This document shows, one piece after another, positions 26,719 to 39,777 of a stretch of 64,000 bases of DNA. The DNA comes from the human T2T-CHM13v2.0 reference genome, Homo sapiens: assembly GCF_009914755.1 (NCBI RefSeq), contig NC_060928.1; one strand, 5' to 3'. How positions within the stretch are numbered: position 1 is the first letter of the stretch; every line of letters begins with the position of its first letter. The translations under genes and the position numbers were made by a program. The notes under the pieces are model-generated. The model had not been told where the DNA came from. It made no database searches and saw only the letters and a list, made by a program, of their open reading frames with translations.

Positions 26719-28477
26719 TTGCCCATTTTTAATGAGGTTATTTTTTGCTTATTGATTTAAGTTCCCTATAGTTTCTGGATATTAGGCCTTTGTTGCATGC
26801 ATAGTTTGCCAATAACTTCTCCCATGTTATTTTGTTTATTCTGTTGATCATTTATTTTGCTGTGCAGAAGCTGTTTAGTTTGATTAGGTCCTATTTGTCT
26901 ATTTCTGATTTTGTTACAATTGCTTTTGGGGACTTAGACAAAAATTATTTGCCAAGACCAATGTCAGAAAGAGTATTTTCTAATTTGTCTTCTAGAATTT
27001 TTTTTTCCTTTTTTTATTTGACACTTCAAGTCTGAGTTTTCTAGGATTTTTATAGTTTGAAGTCTTACATTTAAATCTTTGATCCATTTTGAGGTAATTT
27101 TTGTATATGCTGAAAAGTAGGGGTCCATTGTCAATCTTCTGCCTATAGCTAGCCAGTTATCCTAGCACCATTTATTCAGTAGGGAGTCCTTTCGTCATTA
27201 CTTGTTTTTGTTGGCTTTGTCAAAGGTCATATGGTTATAGGGTGTGCAGCTTTATTTCTGAGTTTTCTATTCTGTTCCATTGGTCTATGTGTCTGTTTTT
27301 GTACTAGTATCATGCTGTTTTGGTTAATGTAGACTTATAGTATAGTTTGAAGTTGGGTAGTATGATACCTCCAGCTTTGTTCTTTTTGCCTGGGATTGCT
27401 TTGGGCTCTTTTTTGGTTCCATATGAATTTTAGAATAGTTGTTCCTAATTCTGTGAAGAATGGCATTGGTAGTTTGATAGGAATAGCATTAAATCTGTAA
27501 TAGCATTAAATAATACTGCTTTGGGCAGTATGGCCATTTTAAAAATATTGATTTGTCCAATCCATGAGCACAGAAAGTTTTTCCATTTATTTGTGTTGTC
27601 TATGATTTCTTTCAGCATGTTTTGTAGTTCTCCTTGTTGAGACCTTTCACCTCATTGGTTAGCTGTATTCTTAGGTATTCCATTTTCTTTGTGATTATTG
27701 TAAGTAGGATTGTGTTCTTGATTTCACCCACAGCCTGGACATTGTTGTTGTATAGAAATGCTACTGATTTTTGTACATTAATTTTGTACCCTGAAATCTT
27801 ACTAAAATCATTTATCAGTTTTAGGAGACTTTTGGCTGAGTCTTGAGGATTTTCTAGGTATTTTTTTTTTTAGGATTTTCTAGGTATTTCCTAGGTATTT
27901 TTCTAGGTATTCTAGGTATAGGATTTTCATGTCATCACCACAAAAGAGGTAGTTTGACTTCTTCTTTTCCTATTTGGATGCCATTTATTTCTCTTGCCCT
28001 ATTGCTCTGGCTAGGACTTCCAATACTCTGTTGAATAGAAGTTGTCAGAGTGGGCATTCTTGTCTTGTTCCAGTTCTTAAGTGGAATCGTTGGAGCTTTT
28101 GCCCATTCAGTATGATATTGGCTATGGGTTTGTTTCTTAGATGTTTGGCTCTTATTATTTTGAGGTATGTTCTTTCAATGTCTTTTCCGTTACTGGTTTG
28201 TTTTTTTTTTTTACATTAGGAATCAATGTTGCATTTTAGCAAAAGCTTTTTCTGCATCTATTGAGATGATCATAAGGTTTTTGCTTTTAATTATGTTTAT
28301 GTAGTGAATCACATTTATTGAATCATGTATGTTGAACTAGCCTTGCATCCCATCAATAAAGCCTACTTGAACATGACATATTAACTTTTTGGTGTGCTGC
28401 TAAATTTGGTTTCCTACTATTTTGTTGAGGACTTTTGCATCTATGTTCATATGTTCATCAATAATATACGCTGTAGT

Positions 28478-28511
28478 TTTGTTTTGTTTTGTTTTGTTTT
28501 GTTTTGTTTTT
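28478..28511. repeat. (TTTTG)n microsatellite
   Basis: About 6-7 copies inside the L1. Confidence 0.85.
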
Positions 28512-31500
28512 GGTTGGATCTCTGCCTGGTTTTGGTGTCAGGATAATACTAGCCTCACAGAATGAGTTGGGAAGGAGTCCTCAACCTCAATTTTTTGGAA
28601 TAGTTTTAGCAAGATTGGTATAAGTTTTTCTTTGTACTTTTAGTAGAATTTGGCTGTGAATCCATCTGGTGCAGGGGTTTTTTTGGTTGGTAGATTCTTT
28701 ATTACCAGTTCAGTTTCAGAAGTTGATGATGGTCTATTTAGGGTTTCAATCTCTTCCTGATTCAATCTTGGGAGATTGCGTGCTTCTAGGAATTTGTCCA
28801 TTTCCTCCAGATATTCTAATTTGTGTGCATATTATTGTTCATAGTAGTCTCTGAGGACCTTTTGTATTTCTGTGAGATCAGTTGTAATACTGCTTTTGTC
28901 ATTTCTGATTGTGTTTATTTGTATCTTCTCTGTTTTCTTTGTTAATCTAGCTAGGAGTTTATCAATCTTAATTTTTTTTTTTTTTTTTTTTTTGGAGAAC
29001 CAACTCTTGGTTTCATTAATCTTTTGTATGAATTTTGGCATCTCAATTTCATTAAGCTCTTCTCTAATTATAGCTATTTCTTTTCTTCTGCTAGTTTTGG
29101 GGTTAGTTTGTTCTCTTTTTTCTACCTCTTTTAGGTGCAAATTTAGATTGCTAATTTGATATCTTTCTAACTTCTTGATGAAGGCATTTAGTGTTATAAA
29201 CTTTCCTTGTAGCACTGCTTTGGCTGCATCCCAGACATTTTGGTAAGTTGCATTCCCATTTTCATTAATCTCAAATAATTTTTTTTATTTCTGCCTTAAA
29301 TTTGATGTTCACCCAGGAATTATTCAGGAGTAAATTAATTTCCATGTATTTTTGTAGTTTTGAGGGATCTTGATATTGATTTCCATTTTTATTGCACTGT
29401 GATCCAAGAATGTGCTTGGTACAATTTTGAATTTTCTGAATGTATTGAGACTTGCTTTATGACCAAGCATGTGGTTGATCTTAGAATATTTTCCATGTGC
29501 AGATGAGAATAATATATATTCTGTGGTGGTTGGGTGGAGTGTTCTGCAAATGTCTGTTAGATCCAATTGATCAAGTGTCAAGTTTAAGTACAGTGTTTGT
29601 TAGTTCTCTGCCTCAGTGATCTGTCTAATGCGGTCAGTGGGGTGTTAAAGTCTCCCACTATTATTGTGTGGTTTTTCTAAGTCTTTTTGTATGCCAGGAA
29701 AAACTTGTTTTATCAATTTGGGTGCTTTAATGTTGGGTGTGTACATATTTCAGTTAATTAAGGCTTCTTGTTGGATTGTAGCCTTTATCATTATGTAATA
29801 CCCTTCATTGTCCTTCTTAATTTTTATTGGCTTAAAGTCTGTTTTGTCTGATACAAGGGTAGTAACTCTTGCTCTTTTTTGTTTTCCATTTGCATGGTAG
29901 ATTTTTTTTCCATCCTTTAAATTTGAGCCTGTGGGTGTTATTACATGTGAAATGGGTTTCTTGAAGATAACAGATCATTGGATCTTGTCTTTTTATCCAA
30001 CTTGCCACTCTGTGTCTTTTAAGTGGGGAGTTTAGCCCATTTACATTCTAGATTAATACTGGTGAGTGATTTTGATACTATCATCATCTGGTTGTTATAT
30101 AGACTTGATTGCGTAGTTACTTTATAGTGCCTGTGAGCTATGTGCTTAAATGTGTTTTCTGGGGTAGCAGGTGTTATTCTTTCAATTCCATGTTTAGCAC
30201 TCCCTTAAGGATGTCTTGTAAGGCTGGTCTAGCTGAAAAATATTCCATCAGCATTTGCTTGTCTCAGAAGGATTTTATATCTCCTTCACTTATGAAGCTT
30301 AGTTTGGTGGGATATGAAATTCTTGGTTGGAATTTCTTTTCTTTAATAATGCTGAAACCCCCAATCTCTTCTGGCTTGTAAAGTTTCTGCTGATAGGTCT
30401 GCTGCTAAACTGATGGGGTTCCTTCTGTAAGTCCTGCCCCTTTTCCCTAGCTGATTTTAAGGCTTTTTTGTTTTGTTTTGTTTTTTGATATTGACTTTGC
30501 TGAATCTGATGATTATGTGCCTTGAGAATAGTCATCTCATATAGAATCTAACTGAGGTTCTTTGTATTTTCTGGATGTTAATTTCAACCTCTCTGGTGAG
30601 ATTAGGGAAATTTTTGTAGACTATTTCCTCAAATATATTCTCTAAGTTGTTTATTCTGTCTCAGTAATGCCAATGAGTCATGGGTTTGGTCTCTTTACAT
30701 AATCCCATATTTCTGAGGTTTTTTTCATTTTTCTTAATTATTTTATCCTAATTTTTGTCTAAATTTATTAGAAGAACCAGTCTTCAAACTCTGAGATTAT
30801 TTTCTGAGATTGGTCTATTTTGCTGTTAATATTTCTGATTGTACTAAAAAAATTCTTGCAGTGAATTTTTCAGCTCAAGTTTAGTTTGGGTCGTTCTTAA
30901 AATGGCTGTGCTGTCTTTCAGCTCTTGAATTATTTTATTGGATTGCTTGGCTTCCTTGGATTGAGTTTCAACTTTTTCCTGGATCTTAATGAGCTTCCCT
31001 GTTACCCAGATTCTGAATTCCATGTCTGTCATTTCAGACATTTCAAACTAGTTAAGAACCATTGCTGGGGAGATAGTGGACTCCTTTGGTGGTAAGGGGA
31101 CACTCTGGCTTTTTGAATTGCCAGAGTTCTTGTGCTGATTCTTTTTCAACTTGGAGGGTTGGCACTCCTTTAACTGTGGTATAAGTTGAGTTTAGTCAGT
31201 TGGTTTTGTTTCTGGAAGTTTTCAGAGGACTAAGGCTACATACAAGGTCTTTGTTGTTGAATTCTTGTCCTTAGTTTCACAGGAAGGAAAATTAGCAAAA
31301 TGTTTTTTGGTGGTGTAGTTTTTGGGCTGTCATTCAATAAATGGCACTTGAGAGCAAGGAGCATAGACAGGCTCTTGCTAAGCCATGTGGCTCCTTTGTG
31401 TATCCTCACATTTGAAGCTGTGCTCTGCAGTGGGAGGGGAAAGAGGTGACCCCCTCATCAGACTTGCTCCTGAGCAGTTAGGAGCCACTTCCAATCACTG

Positions 31501-33039
31501 GCACAGTGCCTGCAATTTTTGTTGTGTTGTTAGGTGTTTCCAGCTGTGTTGCTCCCTTAGGGCTATGTCCAATAGGGGAATGGGCCACACTCTTACTGGA
31601 CCAGTCCTGTGAAAGGCGGCACACCTAGGACCCATACCAGACTGCAAACCCATACAACTCGCCAGTCTCAATTTTCTGAGAGCGTAGGCTTCTCCCCACT
31701 CAAGTGCTGAGCACAGATCTTGGCTTGGCACTTCCAAGATGCAGGCCACAGCTCCGAGTCACCAGGACCTGGTCATGGCTCCCTCCGGAACCTCAGGGTT
31801 GGGTTCCAGATGTGTTGTGGGATCCAAAGCCCTCCCAGACTGCTGAAACACACTCAGGTAGAACAAACACCCAGGATGGGCAGTGGAGGCTCCACTGTGT
31901 ACACACTCTTATGGGGCAGCCAGGCAGGGACCCTCAGAAGGGCTGGTGGGCAGGTGGGCCCACAGGACAGGCATGACCTAGTCCTGTGGGGAAGCAGGCC
32001 CTGCTTTTTCCCCAGCAGTTAGCTGGTGGCAGAGCCTCTCAGAGGGAGACTGAGAGCCCTGGAGGATGGATGTTTATGGCTGGGTTCCCCCAGAGCAGTC
32101 TTGTGCACAAAGGTCCCCAGGTCTGTACCTGCTGGAGCTCCATCTCTATCTAATCTCTGGGAAGATCCCCTGCCAGCTCAAATGTCCATGGGTGGCATGG
32201 GGTTGCCTGCAGCTAGGATCTCAGAGGACCAGGGTGAGAGTGAGCAGTCCCCTAGTCCCTTTACTCACCCTTTCCCCAGGAGCCATTTAGGGCCAGAAAC
32301 CAGCCCCAGTGTTCAGGTACCCCATGAGAGCTTCCCAGCTTCTCCCTCTTCAGCCTCATCAACTGCATCTTATCTCCATCCACATTCAGCATTTTGTCTC
32401 CAAAGATTTGTTCAAATGTTGTTGTTTTAGTCAAAATCCCCATCTTTCTCTGTGAGAACTGCACTTCCCAGCTGCATCTAGTCAGCCATCTTGAGATTTC
32501 TCCCAATTAATCTTTTAGAAACAAAATTATGCCCTGACTGAGAGTGGAACACCAGGAATTTTTCTTGTGTTTTTCTCTATCCTAAAAGAAAGCTTTGAAG
32601 TAACTATTTTCTCTATTCTGGGGAAAACACTAAAATTTGAACATGGGCCACTTACAGATGTTTTAGAGAATATGTGTGGTCTTCAAAAATGCAATTTGAA
32701 TATGTGTTTCAACTAAGCTATAACTCTGCTGCTTGTTTTCAAGATTGTTTTTTCTAAGTGGATTTAGCCATAATGTGACTCTATACTAAATTTCATCTTC
32801 TTGAAATGTGTGCATGTGATTAGCCAAGAAATTTCTTAATAGACATATTTCAGAGGCTGAGTCCTCTACTTGATTATTTATTCAAGCTGGAAGAAAAACT
32901 TCAAGAAAACACTGGACTGGGTTTGGCTACATTTAGCATGCATGACTCACAGATTGTTCTAGATAGAGTAATAGAATTGTTCACATGCCAAACACTATTC
33001 TAGTTTCTGGATTCAGTGTTTTAGTCTTAAACTTGGTCT

Positions 33040-33530
33040 CAAGGGGCCTACTTTCCATTGAGAGAGAGAAAATAAATAAGTAAACAAATGAACATGAACA
33101 GAAAAAGAATGTCAAATAGCTCTAAGGTCTATGAAGACAAGCAGACAGATAATGTAATGGCAGAACGATAGACGGAAGTAACAGGATATTTAAATTGAAT
33201 AGAAAGGGAAGGCCTTTTCTGAAGACAGGCTATTGAGCTCAGGCTTAACTGTCAAGAAGCCAACTCTAAAAAGCTCCAGTAGAACATTCCAAGCAAAGGG
33301 AACCACAAGATCATAGGCCCTAAAGCAGAAACAAGCTTAAACTATGGAGGAATAGAAAGAAGACAATGTGAGTAGGGTGTGAAGCAAGGGAGAAAGTCGT
33401 AGGGAATCGAGACTGGACAGACAGAGGCAACAAAAACCATTGAGAACCTTGTACGTGTTGGTAAGTGCTTTGAACTTGATTTAAGATGTAACAAGAAGTC
33501 GTTTGGGGATTTTAAGCAAGAGGTTTCCTT
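33040..33530 (-). mobile_element. L2 fragment
   Basis: gaaggccttttctgaag, cattccaagcaaagggaaccacaag..ggccctaaagcagaaacaagctt. Confidence 0.65.
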
Positions 33531-33639
33531 TATGTATTCATACAATCTCATTATAAGAATCTTCCACTAGAATCATGTCTTATGCTTGTATTTTTTCACA
33601 GCTTTTATGTTATGTGTTTATTTGTGAGAGTTTTTATAA

Positions 33640-33775
33640 TACATGCTTCTTTTTTTACATAAGCTCCATGAGGGAAAAGACTTTTGTTTACCACTGAATA
33701 TCCAGAGGCTAACTCAGTGTCTACTAGGTACACAGTATGTGCTCAATACGTAATAGTTGAATGAATAATTGAATA
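33640..33775 (+). mobile_element. L2 3' end
   Basis: taagctccatgaggg..gtgctcaata..gttgaatgaat. Confidence 0.65.
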
Positions 33776-35114
33776 TTAAATGCTTATTTACAATTCTTTT
33801 TAAAGTCACAGGATAAGGAAATAATCCCCTCCTTGTAATAACAAGGAATATCTGACCGTTGCACTGAGTGAATCAATTCCAGGCATCATCTCAACTTTCT
33901 CAGCATGACTGCATCCACTAAGCCCAGAAAAAAATGTGTGGTTACATACTTTTCAATATTTGAAGTCAGTGTACTTGTTTATAATAAAACACAGAAAACC
34001 CAAAAGATAAAAAATTCCCAACACAAAAATGAAATACAATAGTATCAAGAGCTCCACAGGCAGGATTTTCATATCTATTGTTTTATATGATAGAAGCTCT
34101 AAAATGGTTTTTGTCTGTAACCTACAGTTCAGTAGATTTGATGGCTAAACTGCATTAGTAAATGAGAGAACTGAAAGGACTTTATGACCATTTTCTTCAA
34201 GTAATTCTGTCCTGGATAGAAACATTACAGTCTAAAATTTTGAAACAATAAACTTACAATGGCTTTGTCCAAAGAAAGACTCTTTCTGCTTGAAAGGTAT
34301 TCAGAATCATTTCAGCAAATCAAATCTGGGTATGTCTTCCTAGAAAGTGAGCATTTATAGTAACTATTTCCATGGCTACTGCCCAGCCTCTTTTCTCAAA
34401 TGGCTCCAAACTGACTCTGTCCAAACCTCTAATCTCCTTGTGTGTATGACTGTGTGTTTCATGGTTGGAATGGTGCATACGTTTTCAGTTCCTTATTTAA
34501 GTACCACCAACTCATATTTGAAATTTCCCAGAGTAACCACTAAAAACAAATCACAAGTCATAAGCATATGCACTGAGCATTTACCTGATTTCAGGGAGGT
34601 AGGGAGAATTCTAATCACCAAGAATGTATATCTAGTAGTTGAAGTTCTCTTAAAAGAATCATAGCTTTCCATTTGTCCACTAGGGTCAAAACAAATTCTA
34701 GTGGAAAAGTTAATATAATTTCATATATTCACATATTCTTACTGAGGTGTCAATAATTATCTGATGTGATGATATCAGAGCCTTCCCTGAAAGGAAGTTT
34801 GGTTATGGAGGAAAAGAGATACAGCCTTTGAAAGGGGGCTTGCCTGGGATAGAGGAGAGTTTGAAGGCAGGCAAAATAAAATCTTCCTCACAATTTTCCT
34901 GGGACCATCTCTGCTTAGAAGTTATATTTCTTCCTAGAAATAACAGCGTGATGCCTGAGTTACTCAGGAGAAGTGATAAAATAATAAAAATGCTAAGAAA
35001 GAAAGAAAAAATGTAATGATTGCTTTAGGACACAAGATCATTGGACGATTTAATTACTTCATATTACAGGGAAAACTTGAAACAAGGATTTTCCTTTGGA
35101 TACTATCATAAGGT

Positions 35115-35760
35115 TATTCATTAAATAATGAAAAACCATCCTGTTTCTGCTGTGGGCCACACACCGCTTGGTGCAGGCGATACAAAAATAATGAAGACAG
35201 AGACCCTGCTCTCAAGTTGTATACCCCCCAGTGGGGAGACAGAGGGTACGTTAACAATTGCAATACAATTAGGCTCCTCAAGGGCAGAAATTGTTGATAT
35301 GTTTTATTTAATTCCCCATCCCCAGTGCCTAAAATACTGGCAGACATGCAATATGCACTCAGTAAACATGTGAGGAGTATTAAATTTATATTATAATTGC
35401 TATAATGGAGATGAGTTCAAAGGGCTGCATAAACTTCTGAACAGCTACACATAGAAGATGGTATTTGGATTAAGACTTGCAACATTAATTGGAAATTGAA
35501 AAGTTGGCAGGACATATATAGAGAGAGAGGACACAGGAGTGTGGAGATAGCATAGTGTATTCTGGAATATAGGTAGTTTAGTAGAAATGAAGCATTAAAT
35601 TCACAAGAATAAGTGGCAAGAAATGAAACTGAAAAGGTAGGAAGAAACCATATAGAGGAGGGAGGGCCATAAAATTACTGAAAAAGACTTGAAGTTGAAT
35701 CTGCACATAATGGAAACACGGGAAAACTTTAATCAAAAAACAGTATATGATAGTTAATAT
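35115..35760 (-). mobile_element. L2 fragments
   Basis: aatgaagacagagaccctgctctcaagttg and downstream purine-rich L2-like sequence. Confidence 0.5.
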
Positions 35761-36106
35761 CTATTAAACATGGCAGTCAGGCAAGAAAAGGCCTAGTCTA
35801 GAAAGAAACTAAAAAGCCAAGTAGAACGACTTCAAACTTTAATTTAAGGAATATCACATTTTAAAAATTGGCTTTAGGTAATAATTAAGAAAATATTCAA
35901 CCATCTATATATTCTTTTTAACTTATTAACTTTTTTACAATACTTTAGAATAACTTCATTTGACATAATATTAAAAACACATAATTTTTAAAACAGTCAT
36001 CAATTTGCTTTTTTTCAGTTAGACTGGTGATTTGTAACTGAAGGTATATATCAGAATCTCCTGAGAACTCTTGGTTTGGTTTGTTGATTTAAAATACACG
36101 TTCCCG

Positions 36107-36412
<306 letters not shown>

Positions 36413-36559
36413 AATATACATAACCACATGCACTAAGATTTCTGGAGACAGGTTCTGGGCATGACTTTTTTAAACTTTTCATTTTGACATAATCTTAAAC
36501 TTACAAAAAAGCTGCATGAATGAATATTACAAAGAACCGCCATGTTAATTTTATTCAGA

Positions 36560-37090
36560 GTTGTGGTTTTCTATTGCTGCATAATAAACACCCAAAAGTT
36601 AGTGACTTAAAATAACAACAGTTATTTCTTAGTCACCTATCTGCAACTTGGGTATGTCTCAGAAGGAAGGCTCACCTCTGCTTCATGCAGCATCTGCGGG
36701 TATAGTAGCTTAACTGGGGCTTGGAGTACCTAACCCTGAGACAGCTCCTCCTATTGCTAGCAGATTAGTGCTGGTCATCGACTCAGTTCTCCAGTGCTGA
36801 GAGCTGTGGACCTCAGTTCCTTCCCATGTGGACCTCTCCAAGAAAAGTTCCTATAGGGCTGCTTGAGCTTCCTCTGAGCATAGTGGCTGGGTTCCAAGAG
36901 TGAGCATGTTAGAGAAGCAGGCAGAAGCTATACTGCCTTTTATTATCACCCTAGGAAGTCACATAGCATAATTTGTGCCACAGACATGCCCACCCACATT
37001 CAAGGACAGAATAAATAAACCCCTTATTTAGTGAAAGAGCTATGAGATGCGATATATTATTGTCAGCATTTGTACGAAATACAATGCGCC
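36560..37090. mobile_element. MLT1-type MaLR solo LTR within an L1MC 3' fragment (~36465-37320)
   Basis: ttttctattgctgcataataaacacccaaaagttagtgacttaaaataacaac, ttcccatgtggacctctcca, gtggctgggttccaagagtgagcat. Confidence 0.7.
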
Positions 37091-37384
37091 ACACCCAGAG
37101 TCACCAATTGTTTATATTTTACCTCATGTATTATTTTCCCTCTCTATCTCTACATGTATATATAGATACAGAGTATCTAGATATGGAGAGATATATTTAA
37201 ATGTATATTTCCTAGGAAAGAAGTAGATTATCTTATATAACCACAGTACAATTACTAAAACCAGGAAATTTAATATTGTTACCTTACTAATATATAATCT
37301 ATAGTCTATATATAAGTGTTAACAATTGTCTTCCTGCCCCAGCTCATAAAGGATATTACCAGGCATGTGGATTTTTCAGATCTC

Positions 37385-37541
37385 CAAAGGGGCTGCTGGT
37401 GGGCATTCTTAGTAAAGAATAATATACATAGACTGAAGACAGACCCAGGTTCAAATTCCAGCTTTGTCACTGACCAGAGGTATAACCTTTGGCAAATTAC
37501 TTCGGTTTTGTATGCCTCAAATTCTTCATTAATAAAAATGA
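37385..37541 (+). mobile_element. MIR fragment
   Basis: agacagacccaggttcaaattccagctttgtcact..gcctcaaattcttcatt..aaaatgag core. Confidence 0.7.
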
Positions 37542-37833
37542 GGTGGTTCACACCTGTAGTCCCAGCAATTTGGGAAGCTAAGGCAGGAGGATCACTTGAG
37601 GTCAGGAGTTTGAGACCAGGTTGGGCAACACGGTGAGACCCCCATCTCTACCAAAGACAAAAGTAAAAATTAGCTGGGCATGGTGGCATGTGCCTGTAGT
37701 CCCAGCTACTCAAGAGGCCAAAGTGGGAGGACTATATGAGCACAGGAGTTCAAGGTTACAGTGAGCTATGATCATACCACTGCACTTTGGCCTGGGGACA
37801 GAGCAAGACCTTGTCTCAGGAGGGAAAAAAAGA
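37542..37833 (+). mobile_element. AluJ element inserted in the MIR
   Basis: ggaggatcacttgagg, aggagttcaaggttacagtgagctatgatc (J diagnostics). Confidence 0.92.
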
Positions 37834-37937
37834 AACATTTTTAGCTACATCATAGAATGTTGAAAAATGTGTTATGCACCTGCTTCTCGGTCAACATTCA
37901 TTTTGTGCTGTTTCATTCTTTAGAATTACTAAACAAC

Positions 37938-39167
37938 TGAAACGGGAAATATTCTCCGACCTCTTCATGCGTGGGAACTGGAATGGGGACACGAGCTGGC
38001 TGGCCACTTTGGCTGGCTTCACTCACTCAGATCTGCTGTGCTCTACCCGTCACAGGAGGAGGAGCACAGCTGAGTGGGCGCAGAAGCTGGGGCAAGTGCT
38101 TCTGGGTGCCAGCAGGAACTCCATGCGGGCCCTGCAGCAGCATCTAGAGGGGCATACCCAAGACCCCCAAAGCCCCAGAAGTAGTGTTACAGGCAGCACT
38201 TTTTTAACTTTGACATCTGCACACAGCTTAAGTGTTTAATAGTTCAGTGAACCCTCTGTCTTTTTGCAAGGACAGAGAGTCAGTGTGATGGCCTCTGTAT
38301 CCTGAGCTCTTATCCAGCATCCAGGAAAAATCAGGTCACATGAACAAATAGTAGGATAGTAAATGTGGGGGACTTTATTGCTGATGGAAGTGGCTCTGAG
38401 TGGGAAGGGGAGCTGGGAAGGGGAGCTGAAAAGGGGATGGAGCAGGAAGGTATTCTTCCCCTGAAGTCTGGCCATCTCCATCTGGACTCTTCTACAAAGT
38501 CCTGCCATGAAGCTGTCCCTCTGAAGTTAAGCTGCTTCTCTCTGACATTCAGCTCCTTCTTCTCTTCTCCCCTTCTGATAAGGTTTGGCTCTGTGTCCCC
38601 ACCCAAATCTCATCTTGTAGCTCCCATAATTCCCACATGTTGTGGGAGGGACCCAGTGAGAGATAACTGAATTATGAGGGCAGGTCTTTCCTGTGCTGTT
38701 CTTGTGACGGTGAATAAGTCTCACAAGATCCTATGGTTTTAAAAATGGAAGTTCCCTGCACAAGCTCTCTCTCTCTCTTTACCCACTGCCATCCATGTAA
38801 GATATGACTTGCTCCTCCTTGCCTTCTGCCATGATTGTGAGGCCTCCCCAGCCACAGGCAACTGTAAGTCCATTAAACCTCTTTCTTTTGTAAATTGCCC
38901 AGTCTCTAGTATGTCTTTATCAGCAGCATGAAAACAGACTAATACACCTTCTCTGCTCTCTGCCAGTGGAGCCTCGGGTTTTTACGGGTACATGATAAAG
39001 GGTGGGGTGGGCCAGGGGTGGTTTTGGAAAGGAACATTCAAGCAGGAAAAGGAAAATGGGGATGCAAAATTCTCACTTTGGGCAGTGGTTCCAGGCTTGA
39101 GGGTGGGGCCCTCAGCAGGGATGCTACCCTTTTCTGCCTAGAATTTCTCTGCCTCCTGTCCCTATCA
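37938..39167 (-). mobile_element. LTR1/LTR28-family ERV1 solo LTR interrupted by THE1
   Basis: Reverse strand starts TGATAGGGACAGGAGGCAGAGAAATTCTAGGCAGAAAAGGG and ends ..CCCGTTTCA; flanks CAAC/CAAA. Confidence 0.72.
38576..38946 (+). mobile_element. THE1 (C-like) solo LTR
   Basis: tgataaggtttggctctgtgtccccacccaaatctc...cagactaataca; 5-bp TSD CCTTC. Confidence 0.93.
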
Positions 39168-39459
39168 CAAAGGTTGCAGTGCTGGAGGTGGCAGTGTCTG
39201 TACAGCTCTTGCTCCTCCTCCACTGGACTTTAACTACATATGAAGCAATCGATATAAATTCAATCATGCTTTTACCAAGGCTGCCGTCACTTATTTGGGG
39301 CATATTGTTTGATTCAATTAATTTATGAATTCAATTCCACAAAAGCCTTTGTTCTCTGTTCTCAAACAAACCAGTTGCTTTCATGAACAGGTAACTGAAG
39401 CTAGGGAAAAGCAATTGAATGAATGATGAGGAAGTCATGCCTGATCTCTTTTTTTTGTA

Positions 39460-39777
39460 GGACATGCTCCTCACCTTATGACAGGGTTATATTGCTATAT
39501 ACCCATCATTAAGTTTAAAGTATTGTATGTCAAAAATGCATTTTATACACCTAACCTACTGAAAGTCATAGCTTAGCCTAGCCTACCTCATGTGCTCAGA
39601 ACACTTACATCAGCCTACAGTTGGGCAAAATCATCTAACACAAATCCTGTTTTATAATAAGGTACTGACTGTCTCTTGTAATTTGTTGAATATTGTACAT
39701 TACATCAAGGTTGCAATGGTTTTGCACCATTGTAAAGTTGAAAAATTTTCAAACCATTGTAAGTCAGGGAGCATCTG
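39460..39777 (+). mobile_element. MER47A-like (Tigger5) DNA transposon
   Basis: tacacctaacctactga..catagcttagcctagcctacc..cagcctacagttgggcaaaatcatctaacacaaa; ends catctg|ta. Confidence 0.82.

Noticed and set aside
31385-32506. GC-rich stretch as a gene promoter or CpG island
   Set aside because: It is the CpG-depleted 5'UTR of the old L1PA element
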